A stretch of 64,000 bases of DNA from Gemmatimonadaceae bacterium (GTDB lineage: Bacteria > Gemmatimonadota > Gemmatimonadetes > Gemmatimonadales > Gemmatimonadaceae): the NCBI GenBank assembly GCA_051859245.1, contig JBHYGA010000005.1, forward strand, positions 667,527-731,526, in the 5' to 3' direction. Below are positions 1 to 10,132 of the stretch, in pieces. The translations under genes and the position numbers were made by a program. Positions within the stretch are counted from its first letter, which is position 1; the number at the start of each line of letters is the position of its first letter. The notes under the pieces were generated by a model, which worked only from the letters and a program-made list of their open reading frames with translations, made no database searches and was not told where the DNA came from.

Positions 1-66
1 GCTTCGCCCCGTTTCGTCCCCCGATCGCCTGACGATTGTGTGGACGCTCCTCTGTCCGTGTCCTGT

Positions 67-2052
67 ATGTCCGATTTGCGCACCGCTCCCGCTGACCTGA
101 TTGTTCTCACACTCCCCGACGGCAACACGCGCGAGGTGCCCGCCGGCACGCTCGCGCGAGACGTGGTGGGGTCAATTGGAGCGCGTTTGCTCAGCGCCTC
201 GGTGGCCGTGGCCGTGGATGGCGAAGTGGTCGACCTGATGACGCCGCTGCGCAAGAGCGGCGCCTTTGTGGTGATCACTGATAAGGATCCGCGGGCGCTG
301 GAGGTACTGCGCCACTCAGGCGCCCACATTCTGGCCACCGCCGTTCGCCGACTGCGTCCCGACGCGGCGATTGGCTTTGGACCGGCCATCGACGACGGCT
401 TTTACTACGACTTTGACGTCGAGAAGCCCTTCACGCCCGACGATCTGGCGGCGTTTGAGGCCGAAATGCGGAAGGTCGTGGCCGAGAAATACCCGTTTGT
501 GCGCGAGGAAGTGTCGCTTGAGGAGGCGCGCGCGCGGTTTGCCGGCGACCCGCTCAAGATGGAGCGCCTGGCCGACTTTGAAGGCAGCGACGAAGTGATT
601 TCCGTGTACACCGACGGTCCGTTCGTGGATCTCTGTCGTGGACCGCACGTGCCCGATACGTCGTACCTGAAGCACTTCAAGTTGTTGTCCATTGCCGGCG
701 CGTATTGGCGCGGTGATGTGAAGCGACAGATGCTGCAGCGCATCTATGCAACGGCGTTCTGGAAGAAAGACGAGCTCGACACACATTTGCACCAGCTCGA
801 AGAAGCGAAGAAGCGCGACCACCGCGTACTCGGCAAGTCGCTCGATCTTTTCTTCTTCAGCCCGGTGTCACCGGGTGCGGCGTTCTGGACCGAACGCGGC
901 ACAGTCATTGTGAATGAGCTGCAGGCGTATCTGCGCGACTTGCAGCGCGACGGGTATCAGGAAATCCGCACGCCGCTGCTGTACAACAAGTCGCTCTGGG
1001 AAACGTCGGGACACTGGGGCAAGTATCGCGAGAACATGTTCCTCGTGCTGGATAATGAGACGGGCGAGCACGATATGTCGCTCAAACCGATGAACTGTCC
1101 GTCGCATTACGTGATGTATGCGTCGAAGAAACATTCGTACCGCGAACTGCCGCTGCGCTTCAATACGTACGATGTGCTGCATCGCAATGAAGTAACTGGC
1201 GCGTTGTCGGGCCTAACGCGCGTGCGTCAGTTCCAGCAAGACGACTGTCACATTTTCCTGATGGAATCGCAGATCGCCGATGAAGTGCGGCAACTTGTGC
1301 AGTTCATTTTGTCGTACTATCGCACGTTTGGACTTACGGCCACGCTCAAGTTCGCGACGCGTCCGGCCACGCGCATTGGTAGCGACGCAATGTGGGATCA
1401 GGCCGAAGCGGCGCTGCGTGGCGCGCTCGAAGCAACTGGTCTGCCGTACGAACTCAAAGAAGGCGACGGCGCGTTCTACGGGCCGAAAATCGACTTTGAC
1501 GTGCACGATTCCATTGGTCGCGCGTGGCAGCTGGGCACCATTCAGCTCGACTACGCCGCACCGGAACGGTTTGACCTCTCGTACGTGGGCGAGGATAACA
1601 GTGCACACCGTCCGGTGATTATTCACCGCGCGGTATCTGGTTCGTTCGAACGCTTCACGGCCATCCTCATTGAACACTTTGCCGGCGCGTTCCCGGTGTG
1701 GCTCGCACCTGAGCAGATCCGCGTGATTCCGATTGCGGATGACTATCGCGAAACGTGTGAAGCACTGGTGGCGCGCTTCCGTGCCAAGGGATTGAGAGCG
1801 ACGGTTGATGCGCGAAACGAAACGCTGAACTACCGCGTACGCGATGGCGAGATGCAGAAAGTGCCGTACATGGCAGTGGTCGGGAAGCGCGAAGCCGAAG
1901 AGGCCACAGTTGCGCTCCGGGTTCGTCACACGGGCAAGAAGCAGGAGATTCTCTCGGTGGATGCATTCGAAGAACGTGTGCTGCATGAAGTGCGCACCCG
2001 CGCGCTCACGCCGATGCCGGTCGCCGCTTCAACCGACGAGGCGAGCGCGTGA
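67..2052 (+). CDS. thrS: Threonyl-tRNA synthetase
   Basis: N-terminal TGS region, editing motifs HSGAHILA and DLCRGPH, KRDHR, Zn-binding KPMNCPSH, GLTRVRQFQQDD, GAFYGPKID, IHRA. ATG at 67 preferred over GTG at 40. Confidence 0.98.
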   Translation: MSDLRTAPADLIVLTLPDGNTREVPAGTLARDVVGSIGARLLSASVAVAVDGEVVDLMTPLRKSGAFVVITDKDPRALEVLRHSGAHILATAVRRLRPDAAIGFGPAIDDGFYYDFDVEKPFTPDDLAAFEAEMRKVVAEKYPFVREEVSLEEARARFAGDPLKMERLADFEGSDEVISVYTDGPFVDLCRGPHVPDTSYLKHFKLLSIAGAYWRGDVKRQMLQRIYATAFWKKDELDTHLHQLEEAKKRDHRVLGKSLDLFFFSPVSPGAAFWTERGTVIVNELQAYLRDLQRDGYQEIRTPLLYNKSLWETSGHWGKYRENMFLVLDNETGEHDMSLKPMNCPSHYVMYASKKHSYRELPLRFNTYDVLHRNEVTGALSGLTRVRQFQQDDCHIFLMESQIADEVRQLVQFILSYYRTFGLTATLKFATRPATRIGSDAMWDQAEAALRGALEATGLPYELKEGDGAFYGPKIDFDVHDSIGRAWQLGTIQLDYAAPERFDLSYVGEDNSAHRPVIIHRAVSGSFERFTAILIEHFAGAFPVWLAPEQIRVIPIADDYRETCEALVARFRAKGLRATVDARNETLNYRVRDGEMQKVPYMAVVGKREAEEATVALRVRHTGKKQEILSVDAFEERVLHEVRTRALTPMPVAASTDEASA

Positions 2053-3299
2053 CGCCGGACGGATTGCTCGATCTCTTTGTGCTCTCGCCCGTTGGTATCG
2101 TGGCGATGAACGACGAGGGCGAAGTCGAGGTCGCCAATCCGTCGGCCAAACGGCTGTTGCATCCGTTCCTGCGCAGTGGCGACTTGTCGCCGTTCTTTGA
2201 TGTGTTAGCGCCGTGGGTGGGTGACCTCGGCAGTCGGGCGCGCGCGTTTGAAGAGCCGCGTGGTGTCGTGCAGGAAGGTCTCACATTGCTTGTGCCGAGT
2301 GCTCGCGACGAGATGCAGTCGCTGCTCTTGTCGCTGGTGAAACGTGGTCCGGGTCAGTTCATCGCACTCGTGACCGATTCGTCACGGGTAGCGGAACTCG
2401 ATGCCGAAGTGCGCGTCCTGTCGGCTCGCCTTCGTGCGGTGGATCAGGGAGTACGCGACTACGCACTCTATCTCGTGGACGGCGATGGTATCGTGCAGTC
2501 GTGGAGCGAGTCGTCAGAGCGTGTGCATCAGTGTGCCGCCAGCGACATCGTGGGTCAGTCCATGGCGGTATTGGCGCCGGCTGATGCCGGTGGCGAGTCG
2601 CACGTACGCGATCTGCTGAACGCCGCTGAGCAGAACGGATGGAGTGAAGAAGAGGGCATGCGTCTTCGACGCGATGGCACGCCCTTCTGGGCCACCACCG
2701 TGGTGGCAAGTTTGCACGTGAACGATGGCGCGAAGCAGTTTCAGGTGATCACGCGCGATTTGTCTGAGCGTCGTCGATTGGAAGATCTGGTGCGTGAGGG
2801 CGTGGGTACGTCGACAGACGATCTCACGGGTGTGGCCACGCGTCGCGGTTTTTACGATGTGGCGTCAACGGAAATCGCGCGTGCGCGTCGTTACGGACAG
2901 CCGCTCACGATTCTGCTGGTTGATCCGGACAAGTTCCGCGACTTGAACGAAGCGCACGGCACCGAGTTTGGTGACGAATGTTTGCGCGCGATCGCGTGGG
3001 TGTGTCGTCAGGAGTCACGCACCACCGACGTGATTGGTCGTGTGGGCGGCGAAGAGTTTGCGGTGCTGCTGCCGAGCACGGAACTGCCGGGTGGCCTGGT
3101 GTTGGCCGAGCGTATTCGTGAGCGCATGCAGCGCCATGTGTTCCCCGGTGCGCACAGTGGTGTGCGCTGCACGCTGAGTGTCGGTGTGGCCGAGTTGGCG
3201 GAGGAGGCCAGCACGGTGGATGGACTGCTGGCCATGGCGGATACGGCCGTGGCACGCGCCAAACAGGCGGGGCGGAACCTCGTTGTTGGGTTGGACTAG
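2049..3299 (+). CDS. PAS-domain diguanylate cyclase
   Basis: PAS/PAC (RLRRDGTPFW...ITRDLSERR), GGEEF active site preceded by RTTD I-site; GTGA overlap with thrS stop. Confidence 0.92.
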   Translation: MTPDGLLDLFVLSPVGIVAMNDEGEVEVANPSAKRLLHPFLRSGDLSPFFDVLAPWVGDLGSRARAFEEPRGVVQEGLTLLVPSARDEMQSLLLSLVKRGPGQFIALVTDSSRVAELDAEVRVLSARLRAVDQGVRDYALYLVDGDGIVQSWSESSERVHQCAASDIVGQSMAVLAPADAGGESHVRDLLNAAEQNGWSEEEGMRLRRDGTPFWATTVVASLHVNDGAKQFQVITRDLSERRRLEDLVREGVGTSTDDLTGVATRRGFYDVASTEIARARRYGQPLTILLVDPDKFRDLNEAHGTEFGDECLRAIAWVCRQESRTTDVIGRVGGEEFAVLLPSTELPGGLVLAERIRERMQRHVFPGAHSGVRCTLSVGVAELAEEASTVDGLLAMADTAVARAKQAGRNLVVGLD

Positions 3300-3334
3300 T
3301 CGCACGCGCGAGCGCCGCACTCAGGCGGTCGCGC

Positions 3335-3853
3335 TCAGGTCGCGTACCGCGCCGCCGCCATGCCGATCGCGCTCAGCACCACAAGTACCATGGCGGCCGC
3401 GCTGGATCGTACCGTCAGCATGCGTGCACGTCCCAATTGCGCACTGATCGTCGCGTGATCACTTGCTGAACCCGGCTGTTGCAGCATCGCCGCCAGCCGC
3501 AGCGCGCGCGCTGATGCCGGGCGAATCACCAGCATGGCGACAAGAAACGCCAGAATGCCAAATAGCGCGCCCCAGGCCAGCATGCGGCCCATTGGCAACG
3601 TGAAATAGGTCCGAGAAAAACCGCCGGAAGTGATCCACATGAGCCGCGCACCAGAGGCGATCGTGAGCACGCCGATGGTGGGCAGCACCGTGAACAGCCG
3701 CCGCGCCTGCAATCCGGCCATCACCGTGGACGCGGTGGACTGACCGGCGCGGATGAGCACTGGCGTGAGAAAGAGCACCGTGAAGAGGCTCGAGCCCACC
3801 CAGAACATGCCGCACAGAATGTGAACCACGCGAAGCAACAGGAGCTCGATCAT
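3335..3853 (-). CDS. Integral membrane protein, about four TM helices
   Basis: LRVVHILCGMFWVG first helix and further hydrophobic segments; fills the gap between neighbouring genes. Confidence 0.75.
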   Translation of the reverse strand: MIELLLLRVVHILCGMFWVGSSLFTVLFLTPVLIRAGQSTASTVMAGLQARRLFTVLPTIGVLTIASGARLMWITSGGFSRTYFTLPMGRMLAWGALFGILAFLVAMLVIRPASARALRLAAMLQQPGSASDHATISAQLGRARMLTVRSSAAAMVLVVLSAIGMAAARYAT

Positions 3854-3964
3854 GCGCTATGAGTAACCGAGCGGACGGCGGCGCGCACAGGGTCAGACGT
3901 ACCATCTTCGTCTTCGGCGGCGGTCTGGCTGGACGGCGGGGGCCGCAGACCGCACCTTTGCCGC

Positions 3965-5518
3965 ATGATGATTCTCGCAAAATCGCTTCGCCACGCGGCT
4001 GGTTGCCTCCTCGTTGGCTCCACCGCGTTCGCGGGTCTGGCGTCCGCCCAGGCGCCCACCGGCTTGCTCTCGCTGAGCGTGCGCCACAATACGCTCAAGA
4101 ACACCGCGCGCCCCACCGGAGAGACCAAGGCGCAGGTTGATTCGCTGGATCGCCTGATCGCACAGGCGAACAGACTTGGACGCTCCGCCGAGGTGCGTCG
4201 ACTGTACGCGCACGCCAACGCGCTGCTTACACGCCGGCCGTGGACCGCGGAATCTGAATACGCGGCCTCGCTCGTGCTGCGCACCGATCGCCAGGTGGTG
4301 GATCCCGCCGTGCGGTGGCCGGTGCGTGTTGAGCAGATCTTCGCGCCGTCGGTGGAACTGCTGCGCCCGCTCAGCGCGCGTGCGACGTTGCGACAGCGTG
4401 CCGCCGGCGCGGCGGCGAATGCGCCACTGACGGTTGTGAAAGAACTTGGCACCTTTGACGGGGTGCCACGCGATCTGCGCGACGCACCGTTTGTGATTGA
4501 CGCCGACTTGAACAGCGTGCCCGATGGCACGTATCTCGTGGCCGTTGACGTGCTCGACAGCACGCGCACACTCGGCACCGCCACGCTCAGCATTGTGGTG
4601 CGCAATGGCCTCGATGCCTCCGTGGCGCGATTGCAGCAAGCGGCGAGCACCGTGAGCGAACCGCTACGCTCTGATTTGCTGTTCCCGGTGGACCGGCTGC
4701 GTCACGTGAACAACAGTCGCATCGCGCTAAATACCTTCAACGCCGCGCGTGCGTTTGCCGCCGCAGAATCACTGCTGGTACGCATGGAGAGAACGCGCGA
4801 TCCGTGGGCAGGTCGCACGGGCGATCTCAAGCGACACTATCTGCTCGACGCGGCGGGCGAAATCATGCCATACCGCTTGTACATCCCCAAGTCGTACACG
4901 CCCGGCACCGCCATGCCGCTGATCATCGCGTTGCACGGACTCGGCGCCACGGAAGATTCGTTCTTTGATGCGTATGGTCGCGTGCTGCCGCAACTCGCCG
5001 AGGAGCGTGGATACATTGTGGCCGCGCCGCTCGGCTATCGCGTGGACGGTGCATACGGTGTGTCGCTCACAGGAAGTCGCGATCCGGCCACGCAACGCAC
5101 GCAAGCGCTGAGTGAGCAAGATGTGCTGCGCGTGCTTGAACAAGTGAAGGCCCAATACTCCGTAGACAATGATCGCGTCTTTCTGATGGGCCATTCCATG
5201 GGCGCGATTGGCACCTGGGGCATGGCCGCGAAACGTCCGGAGCCGTGGGCCGGTCTGGGCGCATTCTCAGGCTTTGGCGTAGCGAGTACCGCGAGCACGT
5301 TGCGTGCGATTCCACAGTTTGTAGTGCACGGTGATGCGGATCCGACCGTTGCCGTGAGCGGCTCGCGCACCATGGTGGCGGCACTTAAGGAAGTCGGTGC
5401 GAACGTACGCTATATCGAGGTGCCCGGTGGTGATCACTCGAATGTGGTTGCGCCAAACCTTCCGGCGATGTTCGACTTCTTCGACGCGATTCCGCGTCGT
5501 GTAGCGAGTCCACGATGA
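3965..5518 (+). CDS. Secreted alpha/beta-hydrolase (esterase/PHB-depolymerase-like)
   Basis: Signal peptide ending ASA-Q; LHGLG oxyanion region, GHSMG nucleophile elbow, HGDAD, GGDH. Confidence 0.88.
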   Translation: MMILAKSLRHAAGCLLVGSTAFAGLASAQAPTGLLSLSVRHNTLKNTARPTGETKAQVDSLDRLIAQANRLGRSAEVRRLYAHANALLTRRPWTAESEYAASLVLRTDRQVVDPAVRWPVRVEQIFAPSVELLRPLSARATLRQRAAGAAANAPLTVVKELGTFDGVPRDLRDAPFVIDADLNSVPDGTYLVAVDVLDSTRTLGTATLSIVVRNGLDASVARLQQAASTVSEPLRSDLLFPVDRLRHVNNSRIALNTFNAARAFAAAESLLVRMERTRDPWAGRTGDLKRHYLLDAAGEIMPYRLYIPKSYTPGTAMPLIIALHGLGATEDSFFDAYGRVLPQLAEERGYIVAAPLGYRVDGAYGVSLTGSRDPATQRTQALSEQDVLRVLEQVKAQYSVDNDRVFLMGHSMGAIGTWGMAAKRPEPWAGLGAFSGFGVASTASTLRAIPQFVVHGDADPTVAVSGSRTMVAALKEVGANVRYIEVPGGDHSNVVAPNLPAMFDFFDAIPRRVASPR

Positions 5519-6789
5519 ACACATCAATGATGGCGCACGTGGCGCGCACGCGACGCAACAGCGTGCTCATTGCGCTTTCATTGTTCAGCGCCGCCTGCGC
5601 GCAAACCGCCGACGCGCCTCAGCTTGACAGCGCCGCCGCCGAAGCAAGCAATCGAGACTACCTCTACGTGTGGACCGCCTCGGCCGACACCACGCAAGCG
5701 GATTTTCTCGCCGTGCTCGATGTGACCGAAGACTCAGTGCGGTACGGTTCGCTCGTGACCACGCTACCGGTGCCCGGACTCAAGAACGGTCCGCACCACA
5801 CTGAACATGAAATGCCGGCCGACGCGCAGCTGTTCGCGAATGGGTTCGCGTCCGGTCAAACCGTGGTGTTCGACTTGCGCAATCCCATCGCGCCGCGCAT
5901 TGCCACAACCTTTGGCGACGTGGAGGGCTTCGCACATCCGCACTCGTTTGTGCGCATGCCCGGCGGCAACGTGCTCGCTACATTCCAGATGCAGCACGAT
6001 ACCACCGGTATGAAACCCGGCGGTCTCGTAGAACTGACGCCGGCCGGTAGCGTGGTGCGGAGTCGCTCGGCGAATGCACCGGGCATTGATGCGGGACTGC
6101 GCGTGTATAGCGCCGCCGTGGTCTCGCCCCTTGATCGCATTGTCAGCACGACCAGCGACATGATGGCCGACTCGCCCGCGTCGCGGAACCTGCAAATCTG
6201 GCGACTCTCGGATATGTCGCTGCTGCACACGATCACCTTGCCTGACGGTCCGCTCGGTGGTGAATCGCAGCTTACCGCCGAGCCGCGCGTGCTTGCCGAC
6301 GGTCGCAGTGTGCTCGTGTCTACGTTTAACTGCGGACTCTATTTGCTCGACGGACTCGATACCGATCAGCCGTCGGGGCGACTGGTGGCGTCGTTCCCGC
6401 GAATGGAGGGCGAGTACTGCGCCATACCGGTGATTGTTGGGCGCTACTATCTCGTGGCCGTGCCCGCGTGGAATGCCGTGGTGAGTCTCGATATTTCCGA
6501 TCCGGCCACGCCGCGCGAAGTGAGCCGACTCACGCTCGGCAAACAAGACATTCCGCACTGGATCGCGGTGTCTCCCAATCAGAAACGTCTGGTGATCACC
6601 GGCTACTCGGCGCTGCAGCATCGCATTCAGATCGCAACGTTTGATACGGCGAGTGGACAGCTCGCACTCGATGAACGCTTTCGTGAAGCGGACAGTCTGC
6701 CGCCGGGCTTTCGCCTGGATAACAAAACGTGGCCGCACGGCGGAACGGCACAAGGCGTTCCTCACGGAGCGGTGTTCAGTCGTCGGTAG
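5515..6789 (+). CDS. SBP56/methanethiol-oxidase-like beta-propeller, probable lipoprotein
   Basis: Lipobox SAAC; DFLAVLDV...YG, PHHTEH, HPHSF, PHWI, PHGAVF motifs resembling the selenium-binding-protein family; ATGA overlap with upstream gene. Confidence 0.7.
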   Translation: MNTSMMAHVARTRRNSVLIALSLFSAACAQTADAPQLDSAAAEASNRDYLYVWTASADTTQADFLAVLDVTEDSVRYGSLVTTLPVPGLKNGPHHTEHEMPADAQLFANGFASGQTVVFDLRNPIAPRIATTFGDVEGFAHPHSFVRMPGGNVLATFQMQHDTTGMKPGGLVELTPAGSVVRSRSANAPGIDAGLRVYSAAVVSPLDRIVSTTSDMMADSPASRNLQIWRLSDMSLLHTITLPDGPLGGESQLTAEPRVLADGRSVLVSTFNCGLYLLDGLDTDQPSGRLVASFPRMEGEYCAIPVIVGRYYLVAVPAWNAVVSLDISDPATPREVSRLTLGKQDIPHWIAVSPNQKRLVITGYSALQHRIQIATFDTASGQLALDERFREADSLPPGFRLDNKTWPHGGTAQGVPHGAVFSRR

Positions 6790-6839
6790 TGCTGACTTTG
6801 GGAGTGTAGTTCAACCGCCAGCCGCAATCAGGAGCGCGC

Positions 6840-8759
6840 ATGTCAATCGCCGTGACCGCTTTGCTCGGGGCCGTTCTGAATGCACAACTTTCGGCCACGT
6901 TGCCACGTGTGCCGCTGCCGAAATCAGCGCCGGGAGTTGCGCGCACAGTCACTCACTCGAATCGTTTCCCCGCTGGGACGCTGGTCGGGAACACACTGCG
7001 CCTGTCGATCAACGTGCTGGAAAGCGCGTGGAAGCCGGAAGGAAACGATGATCCGGAAGTGCCGATTCTCGCGTTCGCTGAAAACGGCAAGAGTCCGTCT
7101 GTTCCGGGACCCTTGCTCCGTGTTCCTGTTGGAACAGAAATCCTGCTGACGCTGCGTAACGCGTCCGACTCGGCGGTTGTAATTGGCGGACTGCGACCGG
7201 GCGTTGGGGTGAGCGAGGACACCGTGCAATTGGCCACAGGCGCAACGCGCGAACTGCGCTACGTGCTAAAAGAATCGGGGACGTTCTACTACTGGGGCGC
7301 ATTCGCGGGCACCACGCTTGATGATCGCCTCTGGAAGGACAGTCAGCTCAACGGCGCGATCGTTGTCGACGAGCCGGGTCGTCGAATGCGCGACGAAATC
7401 CTGGTGATCAGCGAGTGGTTTCTCGAATATCCCGATGGACGTCCATTTGAAGTCGTATCAGTCATCAACGGCAAGGGCTGGCCACATACGGAAACCATTC
7501 AGTTGCAGCAAGGCGACTCCACTCGGTTTCGCGTGGTGAACGCAACGGTACTCTATCACCCGCTGCACCTGCACGGATTCTTCTACAACATCGAGTCGAA
7601 GGGCGACGGAGTGCATGACGCTTCGGTTCCGCCTGCACAACGACACTTGTCAAACACGGATCTGATCAATCCGCTTGGAACGGTTACGTTCGCATTCCTG
7701 CCGAGCACGCCGGGCAACTGGCTCTTTCATTGTCACTTTGCGTTTCATGCCGACGAAACAACGTCGCTCATCGGTTCACCCAAGGATTCTGCGGCGGCGG
7801 CCGCCTTGGCGCATTCGAGCCACGCGGCGGGGAGCGCCGGCAAGCACGCAATGGCCGGCCTCGTCGTCGGCATCAAGGTTGCGCCGCACGCCGACTATAC
7901 CGAGACAAGCACTGCGGACGCGAGAGAGCTGCGGCTATTCGTGCAAAAGAATCCTGGAAGACTCTACACGGGCGAAGCGGCGATTGGCTTTGCGCTGCAA
8001 TCCGGAGACAGTGCGCCGGCGCGCGACTCGGTATCGCTGCCAGGTCCGGTGCTCGAACTGCGTCGCAATCAGCCGGTGCGGATCGTGGTGCGCAACAATC
8101 TTGACGAGCCCACCGCCGTTCATTGGCACGGGCTTGAAATCGAAAGTTTTCCCGATGGTGTACCGCACTGGAGCGGTATCGGTGAACGCGTGTTTTCACA
8201 GATCGCGCCCAATGATTCGTTTGTGGCCGCGTTCGTCCCGACCAGATCGGGCACATATCCGTATCACTCGCATCTGAATGACCGACACCAGATCAACTCC
8301 GGAATGTACGGTGCGCTGCTCGTAACCGACGGACCGCGTGATCTGACCCGTGATCACTTGATTGTAACTGGCGGCGGTGGTCCTGAAGTGCGCAGAAAAT
8401 ACGAGAGCCCGTTCGCTCTCGTAAACGGACGTAGGAGTCCGCGTCCACTGCGTCTGACCGTCGGCGAAACGCATCGGCTCCGCATTGTCACGATACATCC
8501 GGACTGGCGCGTGGCCTACACGCTCAAAACCGATTCGACCGTGGCGCGGTGGCGAGCAATCGCGAAAGACGGTGCGGATTTACCGAGCGCGCTCGCTACC
8601 GTTCGCAACGCGCACGTTGAGATGGGTCCGGGCGAAACGTCCGATTTTGAGTTCACGCCCACGGAGGTGGGCGAGTGGCGACTGGAAATTCGCACGGTCG
8701 AACCAGGGTGGTACATCCCGCTGACCGTGATCGTGGTGCCGAAAACGAGCTCGCCTTAG
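6840..8759 (+). CDS. Multicopper oxidase-family protein with four cupredoxin-like domains
   Basis: HPLHLHG (from 7557), HCHFAFH (7728-7748), HWHG (8121-8132), HSH (8265-8273); PGPLLR/PGPVLE occurs twice; AGGAG SD upstream. Confidence 0.9.
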   Translation: MSIAVTALLGAVLNAQLSATLPRVPLPKSAPGVARTVTHSNRFPAGTLVGNTLRLSINVLESAWKPEGNDDPEVPILAFAENGKSPSVPGPLLRVPVGTEILLTLRNASDSAVVIGGLRPGVGVSEDTVQLATGATRELRYVLKESGTFYYWGAFAGTTLDDRLWKDSQLNGAIVVDEPGRRMRDEILVISEWFLEYPDGRPFEVVSVINGKGWPHTETIQLQQGDSTRFRVVNATVLYHPLHLHGFFYNIESKGDGVHDASVPPAQRHLSNTDLINPLGTVTFAFLPSTPGNWLFHCHFAFHADETTSLIGSPKDSAAAAALAHSSHAAGSAGKHAMAGLVVGIKVAPHADYTETSTADARELRLFVQKNPGRLYTGEAAIGFALQSGDSAPARDSVSLPGPVLELRRNQPVRIVVRNNLDEPTAVHWHGLEIESFPDGVPHWSGIGERVFSQIAPNDSFVAAFVPTRSGTYPYHSHLNDRHQINSGMYGALLVTDGPRDLTRDHLIVTGGGGPEVRRKYESPFALVNGRRSPRPLRLTVGETHRLRIVTIHPDWRVAYTLKTDSTVARWRAIAKDGADLPSALATVRNAHVEMGPGETSDFEFTPTEVGEWRLEIRTVEPGWYIPLTVIVVPKTSSP

Positions 8760-8920
8760 CGAGCTACCCCAATACTTCGGACACTGGCAGGCGGAACCCC
8801 GGGAGCCGTTAACTGGCCGCCGAGTCCTTGTCGGTCGATACCCGCCGCGAAACGCAAGGCGTCGCGTGCAGTAGAGTCGCGGGATTAGCTTTCCCGGGCT
8901 CCCCTTAACTCTACTGAATC

Positions 8921-10132
8921 ATGACCGACCTCATTCGTACGCCCGTCATCGTGGGTGCGGCTCGCACCCCGATTGGACGCTACCTCGGCGGCCTCGCGTC
9001 GCTCTCCGCTCCGCAGTTGGGGGCCGTGGCCATTAAGGCCGCGCTCGAACGCGCTGGCGTGTCGCCGGCCGACGTGAACGAAGTCATCATGGGCAATGTG
9101 CTGCAGGCGGGTGTGGGACAAGCGCCCGCTCGTCAGGCCATGCTGCTCGCTGGCGTGCCGAGTTCGGTGTCTGCGGTAACGATTAATAAGGTATGCGGGT
9201 CCGGACTCAAGGCCGTGATGCTCGCCGCGCAGGCGATCAAGGCTGGCGATGCGCAGGTGATCGTGGCGGGCGGCATGGAGAGCATGTCGAATGCACCGCA
9301 TTACGTGCTCGGCATGCGCGGCGGCGTAAAGATTGGCAATCAGACCATGGTGGATGGCATGATCCACGACGGTCTGCATTGTTCCACGTGCGATGTACAT
9401 ATGGGACGTCACGCGGAGCATACCGCGAACAAAGGCAAGGTGACGCGCGAGCGGCAGGATGCATTTGCGGCGCAGTCACACGCGCGGGCGATTGCCGCGC
9501 AGCAGAGCGGACAGTTCGATGCGGAGATCGTGCCGATCGAAGTGCCAGGTCGCAAGGGGCCCACGATTGTGTCGCAAGACGAAGGTCCGCGCGCCGATAC
9601 CACGGTTGACTCGCTGGCCAAACTGCGTCCCGCGTTCCCGGGCAGCGACAAGAGTGAAGCGCTCTCGGTCACCGCGGGCAACGCGTCGTCGCTGAACGAC
9701 GGTGCGGCCGCGATTGTTGTCACGAGTGAAGCGTACGCGATGCAGCACAATCTCACGATTCTTGCCCACATCACGTCGTATGCAACGGGTGCCGGTGATC
9801 CGCAGGAACTGTTCTTTGCGCCGATTACGGCGGTGCAGAATCTGATGGCGAAGGAAGGCACGAGCATTGCCGACTACGATCTGATCGAAGCGAACGAAGC
9901 GTTTGCGTCGCAGGCGCTGGCGGATGGTGACGGACTTGGGTGGGACGAGGCACGTGTGAACGTGCGCGGTGGCGCGATCGCTTTGGGGCACCCGATTGGT
10001 GCGAGCGGTGCACGCGTGCTGGTCACCCTGCTGCACGCGCTGCGTGATCGCGGTGGACGGAAAGGACTCGCCACGTTGTGTCTCGGCGGCGGAGACGCAG
10101 TGGCGTTGGCTGTGGAGCGTCGTACGGCGTGA
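8921..10132 (+). CDS. Acetyl-CoA C-acetyltransferase (thiolase)
   Basis: RTPIG, NKVCGSG, GGMESMS, NEAF, GHPIGASG, CLGGG. Confidence 0.96.
   Translation: MTDLIRTPVIVGAARTPIGRYLGGLASLSAPQLGAVAIKAALERAGVSPADVNEVIMGNVLQAGVGQAPARQAMLLAGVPSSVSAVTINKVCGSGLKAVMLAAQAIKAGDAQVIVAGGMESMSNAPHYVLGMRGGVKIGNQTMVDGMIHDGLHCSTCDVHMGRHAEHTANKGKVTRERQDAFAAQSHARAIAAQQSGQFDAEIVPIEVPGRKGPTIVSQDEGPRADTTVDSLAKLRPAFPGSDKSEALSVTAGNASSLNDGAAAIVVTSEAYAMQHNLTILAHITSYATGAGDPQELFFAPITAVQNLMAKEGTSIADYDLIEANEAFASQALADGDGLGWDEARVNVRGGAIALGHPIGASGARVLVTLLHALRDRGGRKGLATLCLGGGDAVALAVERRTA

Noticed and set aside
8760..8920. Riboswitch or ncRNA upstream of the thiolase operon
   Set aside because: Only short GC stems; no recognisable aptamer or expression platform.
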